25,259 bases of DNA from a bacterium (lineage in GTDB: Bacteria; Bacillota; Clostridia; Christensenellales; Aristaeellaceae), in NCBI GenBank assembly GCA_963624325.1, contig CAVFPH010000025.1, positions 1-25,259 on the forward strand, given 5' to 3'. Shown here in pieces: positions 7,797 through 17,309 of the stretch (within the stretch, counting starts at the first letter, position 1; every line of letters starts with the position of its first letter). Made by a program: the position numbers and the translations under genes. The notes under the pieces were generated by a model. The model had not been told where the DNA came from, did no database searches, and worked only from the letters and a program-made list of their open reading frames with translations.

Positions 7797-8834
7797 ATGC
7801 GAACAGAAGATTTCCTGCGTCAGGTCACCGTTCTGCCCGGGCTTTCCGGCAATGAAGGCGAAGTGGCGCAATTCATTGCCGAGGCTTTTCGGCCGTTTTG
7901 TGATGAAGTAAAAATCGATCCGTTAAACAGCGTTATCGGACACATTCAGGGCAGCGGGCCGAAGGTAATGTTGTGTGCACACCTGGACGAAATCGGTTTG
8001 ATGGTATCCGATATTGAAAAAGACGGTTCACTGCGCATGCGCAATGTCGGCGGCGTGGATCCGCGCATTTTGCCGGGCATGCGGGTAACGGTATACGGCC
8101 GCGAAAAATTGATGGGCGTCATCGGTGCCAAAGCACCGCACCTGCTGACAAGCGAAGAGCGCAAAAAGAACTATGAGCGCGAAGATCTTTATATCGATTT
8201 GGGAATGAGCGCTCAGCGTGTGCACGAGCTTGTGCATATCGGCGACTGCGTTGCGCTGGAAGGCGGATTTACTCCGCTTTTGAACAATCGATATGCAAGC
8301 AAAACCATTGATGACCGTGCGTGCATTGCAATTCTTCTGCGTACCATGGAAGCACTGCAGCGTGTAGATACCCGGGCCGATCTCTATTTTGTTGCTTCCT
8401 GTCAGGAAGAAGTCGGCTCCATCGGCGCAATGACCACCGCCTACGGCATCTATCCGGATTTCGCTGTGGCGCTGGATGTGAATCATGCCAAGACGCCGGG
8501 CTCACCCGATCTTGAAAGCTTTGATATGGGCAGCCCGCTGGCCACCATGGGCCCGTACATTCATTCCATGCTGCGCAGAAAGCTTGGCGAAATCGCCAAG
8601 GAGCACAACATTACGCTTCAGTCTGCCGTTGCTCCGCGGTATACTTATACCGATGCAGACGATATCGGCTTGGCGCGTGATGGTGTTCCTTCGGTGCTGC
8701 TGGAGCTTCCGATCAAGTACATGCACACATCCGTCGAAACCTTTGATATGCACACACTGACCGAATGTGCGCGACTGCTGACGGCCTATTGTGCCGCAAT
8801 TGATGACAGCTGGAGGGATGAACTGTGGAGTTAA
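7797..8834 (+). CDS. M42 family metallo-aminopeptidase (TET/YsdC/FrvX type), paralogue 1
   Basis: GLSGNEGEV, CAHLDEIGLMV, DDRAC, CQEEVGSIGA, ALDVNHA and YMHTS are the M42 metal-ligand blocks. Start chosen at the ATG at 7797 (MRTEDF), after AGGA. Confidence 0.85.
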   Translation: MRTEDFLRQVTVLPGLSGNEGEVAQFIAEAFRPFCDEVKIDPLNSVIGHIQGSGPKVMLCAHLDEIGLMVSDIEKDGSLRMRNVGGVDPRILPGMRVTVYGREKLMGVIGAKAPHLLTSEERKKNYEREDLYIDLGMSAQRVHELVHIGDCVALEGGFTPLLNNRYASKTIDDRACIAILLRTMEALQRVDTRADLYFVASCQEEVGSIGAMTTAYGIYPDFAVALDVNHAKTPGSPDLESFDMGSPLATMGPYIHSMLRRKLGEIAKEHNITLQSAVAPRYTYTDADDIGLARDGVPSVLLELPIKYMHTSVETFDMHTLTECARLLTAYCAAIDDSWRDELWS

Positions 8835-9838
8835 AACAGCTATGCGAAATTCATGCCCCTTCCGGTGATGAAGGAAGACTGCGCAAAATCCTTCTGGAAG
8901 AAGGAAAGCGCCTGTGCGGTGACGGAAACGCATATATTGACCGTTCCGGAAATGTTATCTGCACACGCAAGGGAACACAGCCCGGCAAACCGCATGTATG
9001 CGTTTCCGCGCATATGGACGAAGTCGGCTTTATTATTGAGGCCGCCACAGAGGAAGGGCTGCTGCGTTTCCATCCCATCGGCGGCATTGATCCACGTGTC
9101 GTCGTATCCAAGCGCGTACTGGTCGGCAAAGAGCTGCTTCACGGCGTTATCGGCGCAATGGCAATCCACCTGCAGTCCGCAGCAGACCGCAGCCGTGTGC
9201 TGAGCTTTGATGATTTGTACATTGATATCGGCGCCAAGGACAAGGATGAAGCCCTCGCAAAATGTCCCATCGGCACCTATGCTTATTTTGATACGCCGTA
9301 TCAGCCGTTCGGCGACGGCTTCGTTTGTGCGAAAGCATTGGATGACCGTGTCGGGTGCTATAACATTCTGGAACTGATGCGGGAAACCTATCCCGGCGAT
9401 GTCACATTCGTCTTTGCCGCGCAGGAGGAGGTCGGATGCCGCGGCTCACATGGCGCAGCGTACGGCGTGCAGCCGGATATCGTGCTGAACCTGGAGGGAA
9501 CGGCCGCCAACGATCTGGGCAATGTTGACGAACAGTTCAAGGTTTGCTGCCCCACACAGGGAGTGGCAATCAGCTTCATGGACAACAGCAGCATCGGGCA
9601 AAGAAAACTTTTCAAGGAAGTTGTCCGCCTGGCAGAACAGGAGCATATTCCCCATCAAATTAAGCGCGGAATCACGGGCGGCAATGATGCCGGCGCATAT
9701 CAGCGCGCTGCCGCAGGCTGCCAAACTTGCGTGCTCTCGGTTCCCTGCCGCTATATTCACAGCGGTGCATCCGTTGCTTATTTAGAGGACATTCAATCTC
9801 AGTATGCGCTCGTACGCGCCTTTTTAATGCATGTCTGA
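8825..9838 (+). CDS. M42 family metallo-aminopeptidase, paralogue 2
   Basis: APSGDEGR, SAHMDEVGFII, LDDRVG, AQEEVGCRGS, RYIHSG. The usual ligand Asp is Glu (LNLEG). GTG start with GGAGG 8 nt upstream. Overlaps paralogue 1 by 10 nt. Confidence 0.85.
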   Translation: MELKQLCEIHAPSGDEGRLRKILLEEGKRLCGDGNAYIDRSGNVICTRKGTQPGKPHVCVSAHMDEVGFIIEAATEEGLLRFHPIGGIDPRVVVSKRVLVGKELLHGVIGAMAIHLQSAADRSRVLSFDDLYIDIGAKDKDEALAKCPIGTYAYFDTPYQPFGDGFVCAKALDDRVGCYNILELMRETYPGDVTFVFAAQEEVGCRGSHGAAYGVQPDIVLNLEGTAANDLGNVDEQFKVCCPTQGVAISFMDNSSIGQRKLFKEVVRLAEQEHIPHQIKRGITGGNDAGAYQRAAAGCQTCVLSVPCRYIHSGASVAYLEDIQSQYALVRAFLMHV

Positions 9839-9857
9839 CGACAAGGAGGAAATTAAC

Positions 9858-10850
9858 ATGCTTAGAGAAACACTGAAAACGCTGCTTTCCGCCTATGGTC
9901 CGAGCGGTAATGAACATACCGTTGCCGAAACTGTGAAGGGCTTGATTGCTGCCCATGTGGATAGCATGCGTGTGGATGCAATGGGCAACCTGATTGTCGA
10001 AAAGCTTGGGACAGATGACAAGGGCAAACGCATTATGTTTTCCGCCCACATGGACCATATCGGATTTGTGGTAACCGACATCGATGAAAACGGTTTTTTG
10101 CGTGTTCACAACGTCGGCGGCATCAATCCCGTTATTTCAAATGCCCGCCATGTCGTGTTTGAAAATGGTGTCGAGGGCGTGCTGTACTGCCAGCCGCTGA
10201 AGGGCGAGGCCCCCGCCATGAAGTATATGTTCATTGATATCGGCGCTGAAGACCGTGCAGATGCCGAGCGCAGCGTATCAATCGGCGACATGGCAGTTTA
10301 CGCCCCCGATTTCTTTGAACTGGGCGAAAACCGTGTGGCCTCTCCTGCAATGGATGACCGCTGTGCCTGCGCACTGCTGTGCGAAATGCTGATGTACCTG
10401 GATGAAACGCCGAACACCGTCGTTGCCGTTTTCAGCACGCAGGAAGAAGTGGGGTGCCGCGGTGCCGTAACCGCCGCCTACAGTGTGCGCCCGGATATGG
10501 GAATTGCGCTGGATGTTACCGCATGGGGGGATACGCCCGAAGTCATGCTTCCTTCCGTAAAGCTCGGAAAAGGCCCAGCTGTGAAGTTTATCGACAGCAA
10601 TATGATTGCTACACCTGCTGTGCGTGATCTGATGCTGCGGGCTGCCCAAGAAGCGGGAATCGACGCACAGCGAGAGGTTTTACCATTTGGAGGTACGGAC
10701 GGCGGCTCCATTCAGCGTTCCCGCGCGGGCGTGCCTACCGGCACATTGTCCATTCCCTGCCGCTATGTCCATTCTCCGGCTGAAACCATCGACATGCGTG
10801 ATATGGAAGGCGCCCTGAAACTGCTGCTTAAGCTGGTCGAAATTGCCTGA
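9858..10850 (+). CDS. M42 family metallo-aminopeptidase, paralogue 3
   Basis: GPSGNEHT, SAHMDHIGFVV, MDDRCA, TQEEVGCRGA, ALDVTAWGD, RYVHSP. Start at the ATG at 9858, with AAGGAGGA 8 nt upstream. Confidence 0.85.
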   Translation: MLRETLKTLLSAYGPSGNEHTVAETVKGLIAAHVDSMRVDAMGNLIVEKLGTDDKGKRIMFSAHMDHIGFVVTDIDENGFLRVHNVGGINPVISNARHVVFENGVEGVLYCQPLKGEAPAMKYMFIDIGAEDRADAERSVSIGDMAVYAPDFFELGENRVASPAMDDRCACALLCEMLMYLDETPNTVVAVFSTQEEVGCRGAVTAAYSVRPDMGIALDVTAWGDTPEVMLPSVKLGKGPAVKFIDSNMIATPAVRDLMLRAAQEAGIDAQREVLPFGGTDGGSIQRSRAGVPTGTLSIPCRYVHSPAETIDMRDMEGALKLLLKLVEIA

Positions 10851-10882
10851 TAAAGACAGACGGCTCATAAAAAACAATCTGC

Positions 10883-10918
10883 CAAAGGGCTTCAGGCATA
10901 TATTGCCGAAGCCCTTTG
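10883..10918 (+). terminator. Strong hairpin after the M42 cluster (terminator candidate without a U-tract)
   Basis: CAAAGGGCTTCAGGCA-TATAT-TGCCGAAGCCCTTTG, about 15 bp with one bulge. The downstream sequence is AACGCAAATTT, so the U-tract is poor. Confidence 0.4.
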
Positions 10919-11014
10919 AACGCAAATTTATGTGCAAAGGACAGAATAAACGGCAGAATCTGTCCTGACAGTGAAATAATCGTGAATATTTGTAAAGAAT
11001 TATGAAATACCTAC

Positions 11015-11043
11015 TTGAAAAACTGTCACAAAAAGGTTACAAT
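11015..11043 (+). promoter_or_regulatory. Putative promoter of ftsA-ftsZ
   Basis: TTGAAA, a 17-nt spacer, then TACAAT. It lies about 95 nt upstream of the ftsA ATG. Confidence 0.5.
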
Positions 11044-11136
11044 TAATTATCCTAATGACATGGGTGCATTCGGCGGTTTGCCGTGCGCTTACGCAGCAGA
11101 AGTGAGCGCTGCAACGGACGGAGGATGAGGGTTGTA

Positions 11137-12312
11137 ATGAAGAACACCGTAACGGCCATTGATTTCGGCACCAGCAAGATTGTTGCCCTTGTGGCAGAAA
11201 CCAGCGGCCGCCAGCGCTGCGATATTATCGGGGCGGGTTTTTCTGCTTATTCCGGATTTGCGGATGGGCAGTGGAATGAGCCTAATGCTTTGAATGAAGC
11301 AATTTCCAATGCGGTGCATGAGGCGGAATCACAGTCACACACGCGGATTCGTGAGGTCAGCATCGGCGTTCCGGGGGAATTTTCCCGCGTGTATGCTATC
11401 GAGACCAAGATTGATCTTCAGGGTGCCGACCCGCATGTGACGGTTCGCAATATCGAGGATCTGTTTCGCCGTGCAAATGAAGAACTCGGACAGGTGCAGG
11501 GCGTTGTGGTGCACCGTAGCCCGGCATGGTTCATGGTGGACGAAGGCAAAAAAACACTGGAACCGATGGGCATGCGCGGAAGCTCTCTGCGCGCTTTGGT
11601 TTCCTTTGTTGTGGCGGATCAGTTTTTCCTGGATGATGTCAGTGAACGCTTCCGTGCACTGAACATCACCGTCAACAGCTTCTTCTCTACGCCGGTGGGG
11701 CAGGCCATGCTCTTTATCCCCGATGAGGAGCGCGACCGTACTGCTTTGCTGATTGATATGGGATATCTGAATACCGAGGTGATGGCCGTTGAGGGGGATG
11801 CGGTGATTTTCCACAAGGTCATCCCCATGGGCGGCGGTGACATCGCGGCGGATCTGGCCTATGGCCTTGAGGTACCGCTTTCCTCTGCGGAGCAAATCAA
11901 AAGAGCCTACGTTTTCGGCGTTGCGGCGGGGGATGACAAATACGATGCTCCGGATCGTGACGGCGTAAACAAGTCATTTACGCGGCAGGAAGTTGCCGAT
12001 GTACTGGAGCCCCGTGTGGATGAAATCGCAGAGGCAATCCACGATGCCGTCAAGGGCAGCGGTGTGCGCCTGGGCAACTGGTCCGTTGCTTATCTGACGG
12101 GCGGCGGCTTGGCCATCAACCGCGGCGGACGTGATTATTTAAGCGCCAAGCTGGATCGTCCTGTTCGTGAGCTTCCGCGCAAAACCGGCAAGCTGTCCAG
12201 CCCCGTATATACCAGCGTGCTCGGACTGCTGGATTTGATGATTGACACCTTGATTAATACCAATGCCAACCGCGGGGTTCGCGGCTTCTTCAATAGCCTT
12301 TTCGGCGGCTGA
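11137..12312 (+). CDS. ftsA: Cell division protein FtsA
   Basis: Actin-fold motifs ([41 protein letters not shown]) and a C-terminal amphipathic membrane-targeting tail (GFFNSLFGG). Lies directly upstream of ftsZ. Start at the ATG at 11137 (MKNTV), after GGAGGA. Confidence 0.85.
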   Translation: MKNTVTAIDFGTSKIVALVAETSGRQRCDIIGAGFSAYSGFADGQWNEPNALNEAISNAVHEAESQSHTRIREVSIGVPGEFSRVYAIETKIDLQGADPHVTVRNIEDLFRRANEELGQVQGVVVHRSPAWFMVDEGKKTLEPMGMRGSSLRALVSFVVADQFFLDDVSERFRALNITVNSFFSTPVGQAMLFIPDEERDRTALLIDMGYLNTEVMAVEGDAVIFHKVIPMGGGDIAADLAYGLEVPLSSAEQIKRAYVFGVAAGDDKYDAPDRDGVNKSFTRQEVADVLEPRVDEIAEAIHDAVKGSGVRLGNWSVAYLTGGGLAINRGGRDYLSAKLDRPVRELPRKTGKLSSPVYTSVLGLLDLMIDTLINTNANRGVRGFFNSLFGG

Positions 12313-12353
12313 TTATAAGCCGAAGCCATTATCAACTATCGGAGGGTATACTT

Positions 12354-13703
12354 ATGGAACTCCAAATGGAACAGCCGAACCAGGGCTTTGCATCGATTAA
12401 AGTTGTCGGCTGCGGCGGCGGCGGCAACAATGCCGTGAACCGCATGGTAGATGCCGGACTGCGCGGCGTGAATTTTATCGCTGTTAACACCGATCGTCAG
12501 GCGCTTGGCCTCAGCAAGGCCGATACGAAGATTCAGATCGGCGAAAAGCTGACCAAAGGGCTTGGCGCAGGTGCAGTGCCCGATATCGGTCGCCGTGCTG
12601 CCGAGGAAAGCCGTGAGGAAATTGCCGGAGCACTGAAAGGCTCCGATCTGGTGTTTGTCACGGCAGGCATGGGCGGCGGAACCGGCACCGGTGCAGCCCC
12701 GATTGTTGCGGAAATTGCCCGCGAACTTGGCTGCCTGACGATTGCGGTTGTGACGAAGCCTTTCCTTTTCGAAGGAAAACAGCGGATGAAGAATGCCGAA
12801 ATGGGCATTAACGAGCTGAAGCAAAGCGTTGACACGCTGGTGGTAATCCCCAATGATCGCCTCCTGCAGGTCGTGAGCAAAGGGACAACGATGTTAGAGG
12901 CCTTCCGTAAGGCCGACGATGTCCTTCGCCAGGGTATTCAGGGCATTTCCGATCTGATCGCCGTGCCTGCCGTTATCAATCTGGATTTCGCCGATGTGCG
13001 CACCGTGATGGAGTCCGGCGGCATGGCTCATATGGGAATCGGTACCGGAAGCGGCGAAAACGGCATGGTCAATGCCGCTAAGGAAGCCATTTCCAGCCCG
13101 CTGCTTGAAACCAAGATTGATGGTGCCCGCTCTGTCCTGATCAATGTTTCCGGCGGCAAGGATATGAACCTTATGGATGTCAACGAGGCCGCCAACCTGG
13201 TCATGCAGGCTGCCGACAGCGAGGCGAACATCATCTTCGGTGCAAATATCGATGAAGAGCTCGGCGATGAAGTACGCATCACCGTAATTGCAACCGGGTT
13301 TGAAAAAACGCCTTTCCCGACACGTGATCCTAAGGGCAAACGCTCGGGAACACGCATTGCAAGCGGCCCCTATGGCGTTGCAAGTGCCGCGATGAATCCC
13401 TATGAGAATCGCGTGCCTTCCGAGCCCGTGACCGAGGATGCACCTGCCCCTTTGAATACATACGATGCGGATTCGTTTGCACCCGGCATGCGTCCGATGG
13501 GGACGCAGCGCCCGACTGCAGCTGTGCCTTCTACGAGCACGGCATATACTGCCCCTGCTTTTACTGCACCCCAGCAAAATGTACAGCAGCAGTCCTATAC
13601 GCCGTATCAAGCCCCCGCAGCCGCTGCTCCTATTCAGGAACAGCAAGCCGCAAGCGATAAGGATGATTTAGGCGTACCTGCCTATCTGCGCCGCAAAAAG
13701 TGA
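12354..13703 (+). CDS. ftsZ: Cell division GTPase FtsZ
   Basis: [17 protein letters not shown], the tubulin signature [12 protein letters not shown], and NLDFADV. A linker of roughly 110 aa rich in P, A and Q precedes the conserved C-terminal peptide [13 protein letters not shown]. Confidence 0.95.
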   Translation: MELQMEQPNQGFASIKVVGCGGGGNNAVNRMVDAGLRGVNFIAVNTDRQALGLSKADTKIQIGEKLTKGLGAGAVPDIGRRAAEESREEIAGALKGSDLVFVTAGMGGGTGTGAAPIVAEIARELGCLTIAVVTKPFLFEGKQRMKNAEMGINELKQSVDTLVVIPNDRLLQVVSKGTTMLEAFRKADDVLRQGIQGISDLIAVPAVINLDFADVRTVMESGGMAHMGIGTGSGENGMVNAAKEAISSPLLETKIDGARSVLINVSGGKDMNLMDVNEAANLVMQAADSEANIIFGANIDEELGDEVRITVIATGFEKTPFPTRDPKGKRSGTRIASGPYGVASAAMNPYENRVPSEPVTEDAPAPLNTYDADSFAPGMRPMGTQRPTAAVPSTSTAYTAPAFTAPQQNVQQQSYTPYQAPAAAAPIQEQQAASDKDDLGVPAYLRRKK

Positions 13704-13721
13704 TTTTTATTTTGTGATAAG

Positions 13722-13753
13722 CCCGCCGCTGCTTGTTCAGTGACGGGTTTTTT
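13722..13753 (+). terminator. Intrinsic terminator after ftsZ
   Basis: CCCGCCGCT-GCTTGTTC-AGTGACGGG (one mismatch, one G-U) followed by TTTTTT. Confidence 0.55.
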
Positions 13754-13780
13754 ATGTGAAATCTGGTGGCTTATTTTGGG

Positions 13781-13809
13781 TTGACAAAGTGGGAAAAACA
13801 TGGTAGTCT
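13781..13809 (+). promoter_or_regulatory. Putative promoter of the flavodoxin/ABC/chelatase operon
   Basis: TTGACA, a 17-nt spacer ending in TGG, then TAGTCT (a weak -10 with a TGn extension). Confidence 0.4.
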
Positions 13810-13815
13810 ATAGAT

Positions 13816-13876
13816 GTTAGATGTATTTAACCGCCACGGCGGTTTTCTTAATCGATTGCAGTTAGATACATCTAAC
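13816..13876 (+). promoter_or_regulatory. Twin 16-bp palindromes (operator pair or structured leader) enclosing a small terminator-like hairpin
   Basis: Box 1 is GTTAGATGTATTTAAC (13816-13831). Box 2 is GTTAGATACATCTAAC (13861-13876), with perfect 7-bp arms GTTAGAT/ATCTAAC. GTTAGATGTAT and ATACATCTAAC are exact reverse complements. The inner hairpin is ACCGC-CACG-GCGGT followed by TTTCTT. Confidence 0.45.
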
Positions 13877-13901
13877 CAAAGAAAGAAAGGATAATCTGCT
13901 C

Positions 13902-14417
13902 ATGAATAAAATCGCCATTGTGTTTTCCACCATTACCGGCAATGCTTTTCGCATGGCTGAGGCAGCCGCCGCAGTAACACCCGATCACGTTGGTCCTTAT
14001 AACATTCGTTATGTCAATCAGGAAATGATTGATCTTTTCGATACTTTTGTGCTGTCATACTGGTGCAACCATGGTACGACGGATGATGATACGATTGACC
14101 TGATTCATCGCATGCGGGGAAAGAAAATCATCATCATCGGAACGCTTGGCGCAGCGCGTGATTCTGCCCATGCTCAAAAGGTTTGCGAGAATGTGGAAAA
14201 TCTTGTGCGCGAAAACAATCAGCTGATCGGTCACTACCTCTGCCGCGGCAGCATAGATTTGAACCGCACGGCTCGACGCTTACACATTCCAGAGGGCGAA
14301 AAAGGGCATTTGAGCCTGGAACGCTATGAAAAGCAAAAGGAATCGCTGGGGCATCCCGATGCGCGAGAACTGGCGCAGCTTCAGGAAGAAATGAAGGTAT
14401 TCTTGCAAAAACTATGA
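13902..14417 (+). CDS. Flavodoxin-like protein (short-chain flavodoxin / HemG-like fold)
   Basis: The N-terminal IAIVFSTITGNAFRMAEA matches the flavodoxin FMN phosphate-binding loop (S/T-x-T-G-x-T). 171 aa. Its stop overlaps the next start (ATGA). Confidence 0.7.
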   Translation: MNKIAIVFSTITGNAFRMAEAAAAVTPDHVGPYNIRYVNQEMIDLFDTFVLSYWCNHGTTDDDTIDLIHRMRGKKIIIIGTLGAARDSAHAQKVCENVENLVRENNQLIGHYLCRGSIDLNRTARRLHIPEGEKGHLSLERYEKQKESLGHPDARELAQLQEEMKVFLQKL

Positions 14418-15418
14418 ACACTGCATCACATCATCGTTTCCGTGTTGCGCTGATTGTCTTCCTTGGCGTGCTGTGCGTTGCGACATCCCTGGTTTGCGTG
14501 GGTATCGGCACCATTCACTTTTCCCTGCGCGAAATTGTGCGTGGTCTATTTGTGAATGATGACAGCACATCGCGCCTTCTGATCTGGCATCTGCGCTTTC
14601 CACGTATCCTGTGCGGCGGCCTAGTAGGTGTGTGCCTGTCGCTGTCCGGCTGCATTTTGCAGGGTGTCATGCGCAATACCATGGCATCGCCTTCCACAAT
14701 CGGCGTGACGGGCGGTGCGAGCTTTATCGGCTATATCACCTTAGTAGCCTTCCCTGAATTTTCTCACATGCTGCCCATTGGTTCTATTGCTGGCGCATTT
14801 GCGACCACGATGCTGATATACGCCTTGGCCTATCAGAAGGGTGTCAGCCCGGTTAAGATGATCCTTTCCGGCATGGCGGTGTCGGCACTGTTTGGTGCGT
14901 TCAATGATATGATCAAGACGTTCTTCGCTGATTCACTGGGCAATGCGTCCAGCTTCCTGGTAGGCGGGCTGAACGGCACGGGATGGTCGCATTTTGGCAT
15001 GATTACGCCTTATGCGCTGTGTGGAGTGCTGCTGTGCTTTCTGCTCCCAGCCAAGATGAACATCCTGATGCTGGGTGATGAAACAGCAAACTCCCTTGGG
15101 CTGCGCACCGAGCGATTCCGCTTTTTCCTGATTGCCGTATCCTCGCTGCTTTCAGGAGCTGCGATTTCGGTAGCGGGGTTGATCAGCTTTGTCGGACTTG
15201 TGGTGCCGCACATCGCGCGGATGCTGGTAGGCTCGGATTATAAATACTTGTTCCCGGCTTCTGCTTTCCTGGGCTTTGCGCTGGTGGTGGCCTGCGATAC
15301 GATTGGCCGTGTCATCATGCCGCCGGGCGAAATTCCCGTCAGCATCATCCTGTCCTTTATCGGCGCGCCGTTTTTCCTGTATCTGCTGCGCACACGCGAG
15401 ACTGGAGGGGAAACGTAA
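14414..15418 (+). CDS. FecCD/BtuC-family ABC permease (iron-chelate / heme / corrinoid importer type)
   Basis: Typical FecCD blocks: RLPRIL-like LRFPRILCGGLVG, LSGCILQGVMRN.MASPSTIGV, ILMLGDETA.SLG, GLISFVGLVVPHIARMLVG. About 9-10 hydrophobic helices. Confidence 0.9.
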   Translation: MNTASHHRFRVALIVFLGVLCVATSLVCVGIGTIHFSLREIVRGLFVNDDSTSRLLIWHLRFPRILCGGLVGVCLSLSGCILQGVMRNTMASPSTIGVTGGASFIGYITLVAFPEFSHMLPIGSIAGAFATTMLIYALAYQKGVSPVKMILSGMAVSALFGAFNDMIKTFFADSLGNASSFLVGGLNGTGWSHFGMITPYALCGVLLCFLLPAKMNILMLGDETANSLGLRTERFRFFLIAVSSLLSGAAISVAGLISFVGLVVPHIARMLVGSDYKYLFPASAFLGFALVVACDTIGRVIMPPGEIPVSIILSFIGAPFFLYLLRTRETGGET

Positions 15419-16236
15419 TGTATTTTGGCTTTGAGGATATCACCATCGCCTTTCGAACAAAAACAGTGCTTGAGCATGTGACGCTGGATATTCCAAAAGG
15501 CGAGATTACTACCATTATCGGTCAGAATGGCTGCGGAAAATCAAGCTTGCTAAAGACGGTATCCAAGGCCGTTACCCCTCGCGCGGGGCGTGTGCTCTAT
15601 GAGAGTCTGCCGCTGGACGCGTACGCGCCAAAGACACTGGCACGGCATATTGCTTATCTTGCTCAAGTGCACACCTCACCACCCGATATCGATGTGCGCA
15701 CGCTGGTATCCTATGGCCGTTATCCCTATATGAAAATGGGGCGCGGGCTTAACGCCGAAGACGGCAGGGTCATTGATGAAACCCTGCGACTGACAGGGCT
15801 TGAAAATCTGCAGCGACGTGCCCTGCGCACGCTCTCAGGCGGCGAGCGCCAGCGGGCGTGGATTGCCATGACGGTTTGTCAGCAGCCCGACATTCTCATT
15901 CTCGACGAGCCAACTACCTATTTGGATATCAGCTATCAGATGGAAGTGTTGGAGCTGGTGCGCAGATTGAAACAGGCAATGGGCATGACCATTGTGATGG
16001 TACTACATGATCTTAACATGGCCGCGCGTTACTCCGATTATCTGTATGTTATCAAAGATGGTGGCCTGTACGCTGGTGGAACACCAGAAAAGGTTCTTAC
16101 GGCGGAAACCCTGCGGTCGGTATTTCGCATCGAGGCCGATGTTGCCCATGACGCAATCCGCAATTGCCCCTATTTTATCCCCGTGCGCATTCTGAACGGT
16201 ACTGCGGGCGAAAGTCCTACAGATACAAAAATGTAA
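15418..16236 (+). CDS. ABC transporter ATP-binding protein (FecE/FepC/BtuD type)
   Basis: Walker A GQNGCGKSS, signature LSGGERQRAWIAM, Walker B ILILDEPTTYLD, H-loop VLHDLN. TAATG overlap with the permease gene. Confidence 0.9.
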   Translation: MYFGFEDITIAFRTKTVLEHVTLDIPKGEITTIIGQNGCGKSSLLKTVSKAVTPRAGRVLYESLPLDAYAPKTLARHIAYLAQVHTSPPDIDVRTLVSYGRYPYMKMGRGLNAEDGRVIDETLRLTGLENLQRRALRTLSGGERQRAWIAMTVCQQPDILILDEPTTYLDISYQMEVLELVRRLKQAMGMTIVMVLHDLNMAARYSDYLYVIKDGGLYAGGTPEKVLTAETLRSVFRIEADVAHDAIRNCPYFIPVRILNGTAGESPTDTKM

Positions 16237-16254
16237 ACAGGAGGAAATTACTCA

Positions 16255-17307
16255 ATGAAAAAACTCTTTTCTCTGCTGATGGCGCTGTGCTTGCTGTGCG
16301 CTGCGTTGCCCGCTGTAGCGGAAGGTGAGGATTCGGACCGCGCTGCGGCCATCCGAGCCAAATTTCTTGAAAAGGCCGATGCGGTTGTTGTCACCGATAG
16401 CAGTGTAATCTTTACCGACGCGGCCTCCGAAACACCCCTTGAAATTGCGAAAAACCCCGGAAAAACGGCTGTATTGTACGGCAGCTTTGTTACCCTGTGG
16501 TATGAGGCAGGCGGCAAGGCTGACGGCGTGATCGGTGGCAGTTCCTCCATCGAACTGTACAAGCTCTATATTGGCCGCGACGTGACGCAGGATGAAGGCG
16601 TGACTGTGCTGGCCGAGTCCTCCGCAGGCAAAAACTGGAACACCGAAAACATCATCGCTTTCCAACCCGACCTGATTGTATGCAGCACCGCCATGAGCGG
16701 CTACAAGACCATCTCCGCTCCCGCACAGGCGGCGGAGATCCCTGTTGTGGCTATGAGCTATAACGATTTCTCGGATTACTTGAAGTGGTTCAAGGTGTTT
16801 TGTAACCTGAATGGTCAGCCCGATCTGTGGGATACCATAGCCATGCCCGCCCTGGACAAGGTGGTGGATACCCTATGCCGCATCCCGGAAAATCCTGAAA
16901 ACGCGCCCAAGGTGTTTGCCATGTTCTCGGCTACCAAGGATAACATTACCGCCAATACATCCAATACCGTGTTGGGCGGTATGATTTCCGAGATGCAGGC
17001 TGTCAACATTTCGGACGCGGATAACGCATCGGGCGCGGAACGCATCGATATCAATATGGAATCCGTGTTTGCAGCGGATCCGGACATGATTGTGGTGCAG
17101 TGCCACGCGAGTGAGGAGGACGACGCGGCCCAGCTGGAGCGTGTGTATGGCAGCAACCCTGTGTGGCAGTCCCTACGTGCGGTCAAGGAAGATAAGGTGT
17201 ACTTTCTGGATACCCATCTGTTTCATTACAAACCCAATAGCCGCTTTGCAGAAGCTTATGTAACGCTGGCGAAGCTTCTCTATCCTGAAATTGACTTTGA
17301 GAATTAA
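16255..17307 (+). CDS. ABC substrate-binding protein, class 8 (Peripla_BP_2, iron-chelate/heme/B12 type), secreted
   Basis: Signal peptide MKKLFSLLMALCLLCAALPAVA. The pattern (NIIAFQPDLIV.S, PVVAM, ...DPDMIVV, W..L.AVKE.KVY.L) is typical of FhuD/BtuF-like proteins. AGGAGG RBS. Confidence 0.85.
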   Translation: MKKLFSLLMALCLLCAALPAVAEGEDSDRAAAIRAKFLEKADAVVVTDSSVIFTDAASETPLEIAKNPGKTAVLYGSFVTLWYEAGGKADGVIGGSSSIELYKLYIGRDVTQDEGVTVLAESSAGKNWNTENIIAFQPDLIVCSTAMSGYKTISAPAQAAEIPVVAMSYNDFSDYLKWFKVFCNLNGQPDLWDTIAMPALDKVVDTLCRIPENPENAPKVFAMFSATKDNITANTSNTVLGGMISEMQAVNISDADNASGAERIDINMESVFAADPDMIVVQCHASEEDDAAQLERVYGSNPVWQSLRAVKEDKVYFLDTHLFHYKPNSRFAEAYVTLAKLLYPEIDFEN

Positions 17308-17309
17308 CG

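Noticed and set aside
12336-13646. Minus-strand ORFs 12336..12824 (162 aa) and 12894..13646 (250 aa) opposite ftsZ
   Set aside because: These are shadow ORFs antisense to an unambiguous ftsZ. Their composition is low-complexity, rich in Arg, Gly, Cys and His.
13704-13901. Cobalamin riboswitch upstream of the BtuCD/FecCD-like importer and CbiK homologue
   Set aside because: The untranslated leader is only about 85 nt. It lacks the B12 box (GCCACTG-like core) and the multi-helix junction expected of a cobalamin aptamer of roughly 200 nt.
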